Shown here piece after piece: positions 36,374 through 45,447 of a stretch of DNA of 64,000 bases. Source of the stretch: a bacterium (GTDB lineage Bacteria; Patescibacteriota; Dojkabacteria; SC72); assembly GCA_021463465.1 (NCBI GenBank), contig JAJTYH010000003.1, positions 75,869 to 139,868 on the forward strand. Direction: 5' to 3'. The position numbers were made by a program, and so were the translations under genes. Within the stretch, counting starts at the first letter, position 1; each line of letters begins with the position of its first letter. A model generated the notes under the pieces. The model was not told the DNA's origin and did no database searches. It was given only the letters and a program-made list of their open reading frames with translations.

Positions 36374-38797
36374 CTATCTAACTATTTCGGAGTCAGGGAA
36401 AAATTTTACAACATTCTCTTCAAGTAACTTCACAGCTTTCTCCACTTCCTCTTTTTTCATTTTGTCGTGACCTTGGGCAATTATATATACGTTTTTAGTT
36501 TTAGTTGTCACTTTGGTACGCTCTCCTTGTTTAACATCTAACCTACAAACAATCCCCGTGCTGTCTATATACGCATACTCCCCACTCTCAGCATATGTTT
36601 CAATTTTTCCAATTGCTTCATATTGGGTTTTCTCTTTTAGTACATCTAACTGTATCTGGTCGTCTAGCTTGTCAATATCGTGAGCACCAAATGATATTCC
36701 AGTCACGTAGGAAATAGCGTTGTAGAGGTCGACAAAAGTATTAACCTTCACTTGTTTACCCTTTGCAAAGTTCTCTCTTAGCCCAGCAGATGAAGAAGGG
36801 ATGCCTTTAACCTTGGAATATTGGTCGTGTAGCTTCATGTATTTATCATCAATATCTTTCAATTGTTTGGGATTAACAATCTTTAAATACTCCTCTATCC
36901 AGGTATTCAGATTTTTGTTGGAGCGACTGACTTTTAAACCTTTGAATTTGGTAGTGACAATTGGTAGAGCGTTTAACTCAGGCGCAACAACTAAGTTAGC
37001 GGCATTGAAGTTATTACCTCTTTTAGGCTGTTCCAAACTTCCATCTACAGCTTTAAGATCATCTGTGTATTCAAGTTTCTCAAAAAGTATAGTTGGTGTT
37101 TTGATTTTTATACCAGAGGGGAGTTTATTGAAATACCATTGATCTATGTACTTTGATACTCTCCCTTTGGTTCTCACCTCCTCTGTTGGATCGTAATCAT
37201 CGGTTACGCCTAATATTTCGCCTAACCGTTTTACAGTATTAGGAGTGAAAGGTTTAAGGAGTACTCGGAAAGAGTTCACCAACTGAATTGTGTTGTAGAT
37301 TGTTTTCTCAGCCGCACTTTTTTCACTTTTAATAGTTATCCAAGGTTGTCTATCATTGAAGTATTTGTTAGCGAAATGGCCCAACTCTAGTATCAGTTCT
37401 GCTGCTTTAATAAATTCTGACTTCTCTAGTGACTGACCAACTAAAGAGAAAGTTTCGTTGATCTTATCCTTAACTTCAGGCTCTAGTTCGTTATCTGGAA
37501 CAATCCCATTGAATTTGGTGTGAAGGAATGTAAGAGAACGATTGATAAAGTTACCTATATTAGCAACAAGCTCATTGTTATTAGCGTCAATAAAATCTCT
37601 CCAGATATATTCTCTATCATGATTTTCTGGTCCATATCTTACGAAGAAGTATCGAATTAGGTCGGGATCATATTTTTGTAATAGTTGGTCTATACCTATG
37701 CCTGTACCATCGCCCTTGGACATTTTCTTCCCCTTGAAAAAGAGCATCTTATTAGCCGGAACATCAAATGGTAAATTCAATGGCTTTGATGCACTCTCAC
37801 CTGGAAGTAGATATTTTTTTTCGAGCTCAGTTCCATATTTCTTGTTATATGCTAAAAGTTCAGCTGGCCACATTATGGTGTGGAAAGGTACATTACCTCC
37901 AGCTATAAAGTAGTAGTGCTCGCATTCCGGATTCTTCCAAAACTCTTCCCAGAGCGCTGGATTCTTTTGATTTGCTGCCCATTCGATTGCGGCTGAGAGA
38001 TAGCCAACTACAGCTTCAATCCATACATATATAACTTTGTCCTCCCACCCTTCAACAGGTACCTTCACACCAAATGTTAGGTCACGGGTCACCGCTCTGG
38101 CTTCAAGTCCCTGCTTAACCCAACCTTTGGTAAATTCTCGAACCCATTTTCTCCATCTTCGGTTGTTAGCTCTAACGTACTTAGAGATATCTCCTTCGAG
38201 TTTCTCTAAGGTCATGTAGAAGTGCTTGGTTTTTTTAAGTTTTGGTGTCGAATCAGATAGAGTACTGTAAGGGTCGATAAGATCCGTTGGGTTTAAGAAG
38301 GCACCGCACTGCGGACACTCGTCGCCTCTAGCATTTGGTTCCTTGCAATTCGGACATGTACCACGAACATATCGATCGGGTAGGAATCTTTTAACTTTCG
38401 AGTCGTAATACTGTTCCGATTCTCTAACTTCTAAATATCCTAATTCCTTTAAAACAAGGAATATATTCTGTACCACAGCCTTATGATTATCTGTTGTGGT
38501 TCTAGTGTAGTTCTCATAGATAAATCCGAGTTTTTCAAAAGTCTTAACAATTTCGTTGTGATATTTGGCAGCTAAATCTGCAGGGGTCATTTTTAACTCC
38601 TCTGCCTTAAATATTACGGGTGTACCATGGCTGTCACTACCCGAAACCATAAGTACATCATGTCCTCTTAGTCGGTGATAACGTGCAAACACGTCGCAAG
38701 CCACATTTTGACCAGCTAAATGTCCTAAATGGATGTTGCCATTAACGTAAGGCCATGAGACTCCGATGAAGATTTTTTTCGGGGTAGGATAATCCAT
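36374..38797 (-). CDS. metG: Methionine--tRNA ligase with ~270-aa C-terminal extension containing a B3/B4-like tRNA-binding domain
   Basis: Class I HIGH-region (YVNGNIHLGH), Zn knuckles (CPNCKEPNARGDECPQCG) and KMSKGDG (KMSKS). C-terminal VDLYNAISYVTGISFGAHDIDKL resembles the PheT B3/B4 core. Confidence 0.85.
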   Translation of the reverse strand: MDYPTPKKIFIGVSWPYVNGNIHLGHLAGQNVACDVFARYHRLRGHDVLMVSGSDSHGTPVIFKAEELKMTPADLAAKYHNEIVKTFEKLGFIYENYTRTTTDNHKAVVQNIFLVLKELGYLEVRESEQYYDSKVKRFLPDRYVRGTCPNCKEPNARGDECPQCGAFLNPTDLIDPYSTLSDSTPKLKKTKHFYMTLEKLEGDISKYVRANNRRWRKWVREFTKGWVKQGLEARAVTRDLTFGVKVPVEGWEDKVIYVWIEAVVGYLSAAIEWAANQKNPALWEEFWKNPECEHYYFIAGGNVPFHTIMWPAELLAYNKKYGTELEKKYLLPGESASKPLNLPFDVPANKMLFFKGKKMSKGDGTGIGIDQLLQKYDPDLIRYFFVRYGPENHDREYIWRDFIDANNNELVANIGNFINRSLTFLHTKFNGIVPDNELEPEVKDKINETFSLVGQSLEKSEFIKAAELILELGHFANKYFNDRQPWITIKSEKSAAEKTIYNTIQLVNSFRVLLKPFTPNTVKRLGEILGVTDDYDPTEEVRTKGRVSKYIDQWYFNKLPSGIKIKTPTILFEKLEYTDDLKAVDGSLEQPKRGNNFNAANLVVAPELNALPIVTTKFKGLKVSRSNKNLNTWIEEYLKIVNPKQLKDIDDKYMKLHDQYSKVKGIPSSSAGLRENFAKGKQVKVNTFVDLYNAISYVTGISFGAHDIDKLDDQIQLDVLKEKTQYEAIGKIETYAESGEYAYIDSTGIVCRLDVKQGERTKVTTKTKNVYIIAQGHDKMKKEEVEKAVKLLEENVVKFFPDSEIVR

Positions 38798-38862
38798 ATA
38801 GGCTGTATTATACTACAAATTACTGTGATATACTCTACTGTTTAAGATTCCAAGAGCTGCCC

Positions 38863-39420
38863 ATGGTATCGAAAAAACGAAGTATAGACCTTCTAAATCC
38901 GATCAATCCTCCGGCCGATATTTGGACAACCATATATAATTGGGTATTTAAGGTTGGACGCTATATTTTGGTCTCTGTCGAGGCGCTTTTGCTGATAGTT
39001 TTCTTTGCTAGATTTACAATGGACGAGATTAACAACAACCTCACTGAAGAGATTAATGATAGGGTTGATATTCTTTCTAACAGTGAATTTCGTGCTCAAG
39101 AAATCCGTTACAGAAATATACATTTATTACTCGGAGATGTTAAGGAAATTACTGGCAAGCAGAAGATCAATTCTGCTGTCATTGCCGAGATAACTAGTGC
39201 GGTACCCACAACCCTCACTTTGGATAAATTCACATATAATAATGATAAAGTTTCACTAGCGGTTAAGTCGACAGACTTAAAAGCGATAAAAGATTACGAA
39301 TTTTCATTAAGACAGAATACCCAATTCAAAGACGTAGTTGTCACCCTCTCTAAATCAGGTACCAATTCCAATGATATCGATGTGGGCGTTTCGTTTCTTA
39401 TAGTTGATAATCAAAAGTAA
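38863..39420 (+). CDS. PilN-like type IV pilus assembly protein
   Basis: N-terminal SIDLLNP (INLLP-like) motif, a single TM helix, and a periplasmic alpha/beta domain with the PilN pattern. Confidence 0.5.
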   Translation: MVSKKRSIDLLNPINPPADIWTTIYNWVFKVGRYILVSVEALLLIVFFARFTMDEINNNLTEEINDRVDILSNSEFRAQEIRYRNIHLLLGDVKEITGKQKINSAVIAEITSAVPTTLTLDKFTYNNDKVSLAVKSTDLKAIKDYEFSLRQNTQFKDVVVTLSKSGTNSNDIDVGVSFLIVDNQK

Positions 39421-40022
39421 TGGAGCAAAGCACTAAAGGGTTAAACTATTTGAATGTAATTAATGGGTCAATCCAAACCAAGACCTACAGCTTTGCGGTA
39501 TTTACGATAATTGTAGTTATTGTGCTGGTTGCTGGAGCAATCCGACCTACTGTTACAAAGATTGGCCAGATAAATAAAGAGATTAAGGTGAAACGACAGA
39601 TAAATGAGCAGTTGGAAACCAAGACCAATGCTATTGCTTCGCTAACTAATCAGTATGCAGATAATAAAGCTAATATTGATACTCTACCATTAGTCTTTCC
39701 TTCCCAAGGTAACTTCAGTTTATTGATGTCTAATCTTGAAGTAATGGCAAAAAACAACGGATTTAACCTTGTTGGTATCAACTTCGGAGCAGGAGATAAA
39801 GTTAATCTAGGTATTACAACCCTAAAGCCTTGGAGTGTAAGAATGACGGTAAAGGGCAACCGCGCTAACTTTATTAAATTCCTTGAACAGCTTGAAGCTA
39901 TGCCTATGTTCCCTACAATAATTCGAGTGACATACAGCAATACAGTTGATGACGATGGCTTGACACCTTACACAATTGAGATGAGGATATATAAATTAAA
40001 TGAGTCAACTTTCTACGAATAA
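39420..40022 (+). CDS. PilO-like type IV pilus assembly protein
   Basis: Single TM helix, coiled coil, a ferredoxin-like periplasmic domain and C-terminal LEQLEAMPMFPTIIRVTY. The start overlaps the PilN-like stop (TAATG). Confidence 0.45.
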   Translation: MEQSTKGLNYLNVINGSIQTKTYSFAVFTIIVVIVLVAGAIRPTVTKIGQINKEIKVKRQINEQLETKTNAIASLTNQYADNKANIDTLPLVFPSQGNFSLLMSNLEVMAKNNGFNLVGINFGAGDKVNLGITTLKPWSVRMTVKGNRANFIKFLEQLEAMPMFPTIIRVTYSNTVDDDGLTPYTIEMRIYKLNESTFYE

Positions 40023-40273
40023 TGGATCTTAAACGAACCTGGTTAACAATGTTGGTATTTCTTTTGGTATCAGTCCTTATATGGGTTGGGTTTAGTGTGT
40101 ATTTCTCTGTAAGTAACGTGAATATTAATCCAAATGCACAGTCTTATACACAATTACTCGTGCCTAGCTTTGATAGCACCACTCTTGATGAGATTATTCG
40201 AAGGGTAGAATTGCTTCCTGTGGCTCCTGACTCTTTCAAGAATCTGGTATCTGGTGGTAGTGGAGGTAGCTAG
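40022..40273 (+). CDS. Small membrane protein (83 aa), third gene of the PilN/PilO-like unit
   Basis: One TM helix, C-terminal GGSGGS. Start overlaps the upstream stop (TAATG). Confidence 0.3.
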   Translation: MDLKRTWLTMLVFLLVSVLIWVGFSVYFSVSNVNINPNAQSYTQLLVPSFDSTTLDEIIRRVELLPVAPDSFKNLVSGGSGGS

Positions 40274-41352
40274 GATCCGATATAGCTTTCCAACTTTTTC
40301 TGTAGAGATTTATCTTTGAGCTTTTTAAGTGCTTTGGCTTCAATCTGTCGGATTCTTTCTCGAGTGACTCCAAATTCCTTTCCTACTTCTTCTAATGTTC
40401 GTGTAACGCCGTCTTCTAGTCCAAATCGTAGTGCGAGGACACGTTTCTCTCTGTCTTGTAAGGTATCGAGAATTTCATGAATCTGATTCTTCAAGTATTC
40501 GAGGGTAGCAAATTCCTCTGGGGATTGTGACCAGTCATCAGGGATAATGTCTTGAAGCTCGCTGTCTTTTTCGTCTCCAATTTGAGTCTGAAGTGAGGTA
40601 GGGTTCTGGGATATCTTTCGAATTTCTTCAATCTTTTCAACCTCGATATCCATCTCTTTTGCAATTTCGATATCAGTGGGCTTTCTACCAAATTTGGTTG
40701 TCAAGATAGCGTTAGTCTTATTAAACTTGTTTATGGTTTCAATCATGTGAACCGGAATACGAATAGTCCGAGCTTGGTCGGCTATGGCTCTAGTGATTGC
40801 TTGTCTAATCCACCAGGTTGCATAAGTAGAAAATTTGAAACCTTTGTGATAGTCGAACTTTTCAACTGCACGCATTAATCCCATGTTACCCTCTTGAATC
40901 AAGTCCAGAAGCTCAAGTCCACTTTTGGCGTACTTTTTGGCAATACTTACTACCAATCTGAGGTTAGCGGTAATGAGTAGCTGGCCAGCTTCTTTTTCGT
41001 TATTTTCAAGTCTTTTCGCCAGAATAACCTCTTCAGCACCTGTAAGTAGAGGAATCTTTCCGATTTCGTAAAGGTATGAACGAATAGCATCGGTAGATAT
41101 GCTTGATTGAATGGTCTTAAGAATACGAATCTTCTTTTCGAGTGTAAGTGGTTCGTCAGAACTTGATGAATCCTGTGGTGCATCTTCGATGACCTCAATA
41201 CCTTCGGCTTGAAGTTCTTGAAAAACTTTGTCGACTAACTCGACGTCGTCTTCAATTGTAGGAAGTGCACTGAGAAGATCTTCTTGGGTAAGGAAGCCTC
41301 TCTCTCTTCCTTTTTGAATTAACTTCTTGATTGCAACGTTACTGTCTGACAT
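40270..41352 (-). CDS. rpoD: RNA polymerase sigma factor RpoD (sigma-70)
   Basis: Region 2 [56 protein letters not shown] and region 4.2 [24 protein letters not shown]. Start chosen at ATG 41350-41352 (MSDSNV...). The ORF track extends to 41433. Confidence 0.9.
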   Translation of the reverse strand: MSDSNVAIKKLIQKGRERGFLTQEDLLSALPTIEDDVELVDKVFQELQAEGIEVIEDAPQDSSSSDEPLTLEKKIRILKTIQSSISTDAIRSYLYEIGKIPLLTGAEEVILAKRLENNEKEAGQLLITANLRLVVSIAKKYAKSGLELLDLIQEGNMGLMRAVEKFDYHKGFKFSTYATWWIRQAITRAIADQARTIRIPVHMIETINKFNKTNAILTTKFGRKPTDIEIAKEMDIEVEKIEEIRKISQNPTSLQTQIGDEKDSELQDIIPDDWSQSPEEFATLEYLKNQIHEILDTLQDREKRVLALRFGLEDGVTRTLEEVGKEFGVTRERIRQIEAKALKKLKDKSLQKKLESYIGS

Positions 41353-41380
41353 GTATTTGGCCTGTGGTATAATCTTATAT

Positions 41381-41737
41381 ATGGAAAAGCGAACTTTAAA
41401 TTCTAAAAATAAAGAAAGTTTGTTAGATGACAAACTTAAATTTTACATAGATGCCATTGCCCGTTTCTGTGATCGGTGCGGAACCCCTTACAGTACCGCT
41501 GATGTAAACATCGTGCAGGACTCAGGCATGTCTGCCATTATACACTTCTCCTGTAGTAATTGTAAATCAAGGCATATAGCGACATTCTTGAAGCCAATAG
41601 GTGTAAGTAGTCGCACACCGATTAATACCGACCTTTCAATTACCGAAATAAGTCAATTTGCTAATAAGGCAAGTATAACTAGTGATGATATTTTGGATCT
41701 ATATACAACTCTGAAAGCAGGGGTTAAAAAGCTTTAA
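41381..41737 (+). CDS. Hypothetical zinc-ribbon protein (CxxC...CxxC), possibly leaderless
   Basis: [10 protein letters not shown] and [10 protein letters not shown] Cys pairs. Extended -10 TGGTATAAT at 41365-41373 ends 7 nt before the ATG at 41381. The ORF-track start at 41327 would overlap rpoD. Confidence 0.4.
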   Translation: MEKRTLNSKNKESLLDDKLKFYIDAIARFCDRCGTPYSTADVNIVQDSGMSAIIHFSCSNCKSRHIATFLKPIGVSSRTPINTDLSITEISQFANKASITSDDILDLYTTLKAGVKKL

Positions 41738-44700
41738 CTATTTCTGGGTCCAGTTAAGATTGAAAGTCTTGTCCGTAGATAGATTAAATCTTGCTGTCAA
41801 AGTATTTACCGCACGAGTTAAACCATCATGTTGTTTAGCATCCCAAGTATCTGGATAAATCAGTGACAAATCATAAACATCATTGAATGTACCAGGTTGT
41901 TTGAAGATTGAGAGGTCAAAACTCTTCTGCTCTCCGTCTTTTACTATTGGAAATTTAAGGTCGCTCTCACGCTTAGTTAATCGGTATTTAACTTGAAAAC
42001 TTTTGGTAGTTTTGGCAGGAACATTGAACCAACCACCTATTACTTTCTGCCCTCTCTCACGGTAGATTGTGTAGTTATTGTCGAGATATCCTTTTACTGA
42101 GGCTACTTCAGCATTAAGTGGTAAATAGATTCGGAAATAGTTTTCATAATCCCCTTGAGGATAGATTTTGCTTGTCGATTTGTTTTGAATAAAGAGGGTA
42201 TAGTCATATTCTAAGTGTGTCTCATCAATAATATTTACCTGAAGAGTATGGTTTCTTTCTAGATATAGATTAGCTTTGTTAGCACCCCAGTTCCACTCAA
42301 CAGGCATAGGAGCCCATTGATATTTGTCATCCAATACACCTGCCCACATTGATTTCTCGAAGAACTTTTTAGCATCCGGGTTCTTGCTAAATACCAAGAT
42401 ATGTTTTTCATTAAGAGATTTAAAAAGCACATCGGCTATATCTTTGTATCCAGTAAAGTCCAAAGTGAATAATTTTTTAAGTGTTTCATTAGCCAGATTT
42501 GCCAGGAACGTAGATTTTACTGATTGACCAGGGGTAAATTGGGAGTGTAATTGGAAGATTTTTTGGTCAAGGTTACTTGCTGTGATAGGCTCAGATTCTC
42601 CAGCTACCTGTAAGCCTCCCCATTTATCCAGAAGCATCTTAATTACCTCTGTATCCAAGGTTATTACTCCACTAAACTCAGAACCCGAGTCTAATTGATT
42701 TAAGAAATACTCCGCGGTTCTTGCACTATCTGGGAAGTTAGGATTCCAGTTAGACAGTGACATACTCCAATTGGTCATATCAAGTGCAGTTTGCATATCT
42801 TTAGGTGCAGCAAAGGTTTTCTTCGCAATCTTTAACTGACCTTCAGCGTTGTAAACATCGTCAACCTTGAGTTCTCTTATCTGCCCACCTTCAATCCCAA
42901 CAATTGCATAACTTGATAACCAGCCTCCGGTAGATCGTAGTTCGCCGGGATTTTGTAGTAATACTAAATATGTCTGTCTGCTATCAACTCCTAATAAATC
43001 TGGAATTAAAGAGAGAATTTGTTGAGACGGGCCGACCTGACTAATAATACTTTCGTTGGCAAGTTTGAGTTGTGTTAAGTGAGGTTGCAAGAGTTTGGGG
43101 AATGCAGCAACGTCTACTTTGGATAGTAGTTCAGTTGCAATTGTGAGATTGTAGGAGGCTCGATCAATACCACTCAGATTTTCCTGCAATTCCTTGAGAT
43201 AAATTCTGTATTCTCGGCTTGAAGCAGGGGTTGTATTTCCAAAATCTAACGATGGTTGGAACTCTTTTGCGTAACTAGCTAAAGGTTCAAGGGATTTAGT
43301 TAGTGTAGAGGCGCCTGAGAGTGCGTATTCGGAAGCAAAAAGTAATTGTGAGCTATTATCGTACAAATCTTGGGAATTAGTAGCTTTGAAAAGCCATGTC
43401 ATCTGATTAAGGTAGTGTGAGTTGCGATTAGTGTTGTACTTGGCTTGGTCCAAGTGTGCGCTGGCCCCCTTAAAGTCGAAACTATTGAAGCTTTCCACCG
43501 CTTGTTTGGTATTTCGGTAAAGATATAATGAACCTAATCCAAAACCGATAATTGGCATAAAGACGAAGTAAAAGAGGGCCGTTAAAACAATAATTCCCAC
43601 AAGTAGTGTTGCAAAACGTTTCGGACTTACAGCCTCTCGTTCTGTCTTAAGCCAGTTTCTGATTCCGTTGTATGTGTTGGTAAATGGCGATGTCATGATT
43701 GCAACCATATTTCCCAAGATGGTGTTGTGAGTCTCAGATTTTTTAAGAGTATCTTCTTGTTGCTCGGGTGCTTGGTTACGAGTAGGTGCTTCTAATATCC
43801 TCTTACCTTTTTCTGGGTGAAAAGCGGTTATTGCCTCAATTAAAGTCTGTTCAAGCGAGTATTTCTGCACCCATCCAAATTGTGAGGCATTGGTAGCAGG
43901 TACATACTGGTCAAAAACAATTGACCTACTTTCGTCTGAAGGTTGAAATTTAATTTCAGTTATCTCCGGATTAAGCTCAAGTAATTTGTAAGCAAGAGAA
44001 AGTGTTGTGTAATCGTGATTATTTGCAAGTGAAATAACTTCCCCTTCGGTTCGATTAGAAAAAGTAAGTTTAAGTATTCCATAAGAGGCGTCGCTTGTAT
44101 GAATAAGGTAGTGAATATCTAAACCTTCGCCGTATATATTTAAGTAAGGTTTATTAACAGCTTCTGATACTAATCGAGAAACAGTCTCATCAGTTATATT
44201 TTGATTCTCTGGTCCCAGTAGAGCGCCTAATCGAATTATACGTGCATTTATCTGTTGTTTATCACGAGTTTCAGCGGTCAAGGTTTCGCAATACTTTTGT
44301 AGTTCAATAGGAGAATACGGGGAAGGTGTTGATAAGTTTGAGTTTAGTACGTGGGCACTCAAGTCCTGGTTAAGCTTAATTGTAGTCAAAAGTGAGAGCT
44401 TAGAATCAAACCTTTTCGTACCCTTTAAAGCTTCGTTTAAATGATTAGTTTCTTCGAGAAAGTCTTTGCTACTAAAATCCTTGCTGTTTGAAAGATAATC
44501 GTGCAAGAAATAAAAGATGTAGTCAACTCTGGGAAGGTGATTTAGAAGGTCTGGAAGGCCTTTAAAATCAATGAAGTCCGCTTGACCATGCTCTTTTAGC
44601 TGAGTAATGTATTGTTTGCTTTGTGCATTGAAATGGTCGACTAGAATTACTGTACCGCCTTGTTCAATTAAGGCTTTGGCTATATCAATCGAAAGTGGGT

Positions 44701-44770
44701 TACTTCCATGTACCAGTAACGAAACTGGAGCATTTGGGTCAACTTTTCTTCTGATTGAAGGGTTTTTCAT
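41738..44770 (-). CDS. Large (1010 aa) bitopic membrane protein: cytoplasmic Rossmann-like N-domain (~350 aa), one TM, ~600-aa extracytoplasmic domain
   Basis: N-terminal LVHGSNPLSIDIAKALIEQGGTVILVD (degenerate GxxGxxG) and TM ATLLVGIIVLTALFYFVFMPIIGF. The C-terminal domain has no recognised catalytic motif. Confidence 0.4.
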   Translation of the reverse strand: MKNPSIRRKVDPNAPVSLLVHGSNPLSIDIAKALIEQGGTVILVDHFNAQSKQYITQLKEHGQADFIDFKGLPDLLNHLPRVDYIFYFLHDYLSNSKDFSSKDFLEETNHLNEALKGTKRFDSKLSLLTTIKLNQDLSAHVLNSNLSTPSPYSPIELQKYCETLTAETRDKQQINARIIRLGALLGPENQNITDETVSRLVSEAVNKPYLNIYGEGLDIHYLIHTSDASYGILKLTFSNRTEGEVISLANNHDYTTLSLAYKLLELNPEITEIKFQPSDESRSIVFDQYVPATNASQFGWVQKYSLEQTLIEAITAFHPEKGKRILEAPTRNQAPEQQEDTLKKSETHNTILGNMVAIMTSPFTNTYNGIRNWLKTEREAVSPKRFATLLVGIIVLTALFYFVFMPIIGFGLGSLYLYRNTKQAVESFNSFDFKGASAHLDQAKYNTNRNSHYLNQMTWLFKATNSQDLYDNSSQLLFASEYALSGASTLTKSLEPLASYAKEFQPSLDFGNTTPASSREYRIYLKELQENLSGIDRASYNLTIATELLSKVDVAAFPKLLQPHLTQLKLANESIISQVGPSQQILSLIPDLLGVDSRQTYLVLLQNPGELRSTGGWLSSYAIVGIEGGQIRELKVDDVYNAEGQLKIAKKTFAAPKDMQTALDMTNWSMSLSNWNPNFPDSARTAEYFLNQLDSGSEFSGVITLDTEVIKMLLDKWGGLQVAGESEPITASNLDQKIFQLHSQFTPGQSVKSTFLANLANETLKKLFTLDFTGYKDIADVLFKSLNEKHILVFSKNPDAKKFFEKSMWAGVLDDKYQWAPMPVEWNWGANKANLYLERNHTLQVNIIDETHLEYDYTLFIQNKSTSKIYPQGDYENYFRIYLPLNAEVASVKGYLDNNYTIYRERGQKVIGGWFNVPAKTTKSFQVKYRLTKRESDLKFPIVKDGEQKSFDLSIFKQPGTFNDVYDLSLIYPDTWDAKQHDGLTRAVNTLTARFNLSTDKTFNLNWTQK

Positions 44771-45402
44771 TTGGTTAAGACTGTTGGAATTGGATAAAGC
44801 GATGCCACAATATTTAAATTATATCCGTTTCTTACGATGATTGGGAATGTGATGGCTTCATACCCATCGTGAGTCACTTTGAGTTGATAGTTCTTAGCAC
44901 TTAATTTTAAAGCGTTAATCGGGGCTTTTTGGAGTAGGTTGTCATCGAGATACACGTTTGAATCTGTAGGGTCCGAGGAAATGGTCATAAATCCTTCTGA
45001 ACTAGAAGTTTGAGATGATTTCGTGTAGTAAAGGGTGTATCCAGAAGTTATCCCTTCTGGTCCCAGTTCCATATCAATTACGGCTTCTGTACCTCGTTCT
45101 AATGTGATTCTTACGCTCTTAGGTGGGTAGAAATCTGTGCTGGTGCTTACTCGTGTAATGAGTACGTCGTAATCACCTGCAGCCAAGTCATGAACGTTTA
45201 CAGGAGTTTCTCCGTACCCTTGTCCGTTAATACTGATGACAGCCTTGCCGTTCTTCGAGTTGACAGTAATAGAAGTATTGTTATAAAAGTCCTTTACATA
45301 AGGCAGTTGATTAATAAGTTGCTCGTAAGGAATGAAGTATGATGCGACTGAAAACAGAATGAGGATTACTCCAACTATTGTGGCAGTTTTGATTATATTC
45401 AT
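44767..45402 (-). CDS. PEGA-domain protein (two PEGA-like repeats) with N-terminal TM anchor
   Basis: Repeats ...VISINGQGYGETPVNVHDLAAGDYDVLI and ...SNVYLDDNLLQKAPINALKLSAKNYQLKVTHDGYE. 4-nt overlap with the upstream large gene. Confidence 0.5.
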   Translation of the reverse strand: MNIIKTATIVGVILILFSVASYFIPYEQLINQLPYVKDFYNNTSITVNSKNGKAVISINGQGYGETPVNVHDLAAGDYDVLITRVSTSTDFYPPKSVRITLERGTEAVIDMELGPEGITSGYTLYYTKSSQTSSSEGFMTISSDPTDSNVYLDDNLLQKAPINALKLSAKNYQLKVTHDGYEAITFPIIVRNGYNLNIVASLYPIPTVLTK

Positions 45403-45447
45403 AGTTTGATTGATTATAGTCTGATAGAAGTGTTGTGTCTATAAGAC

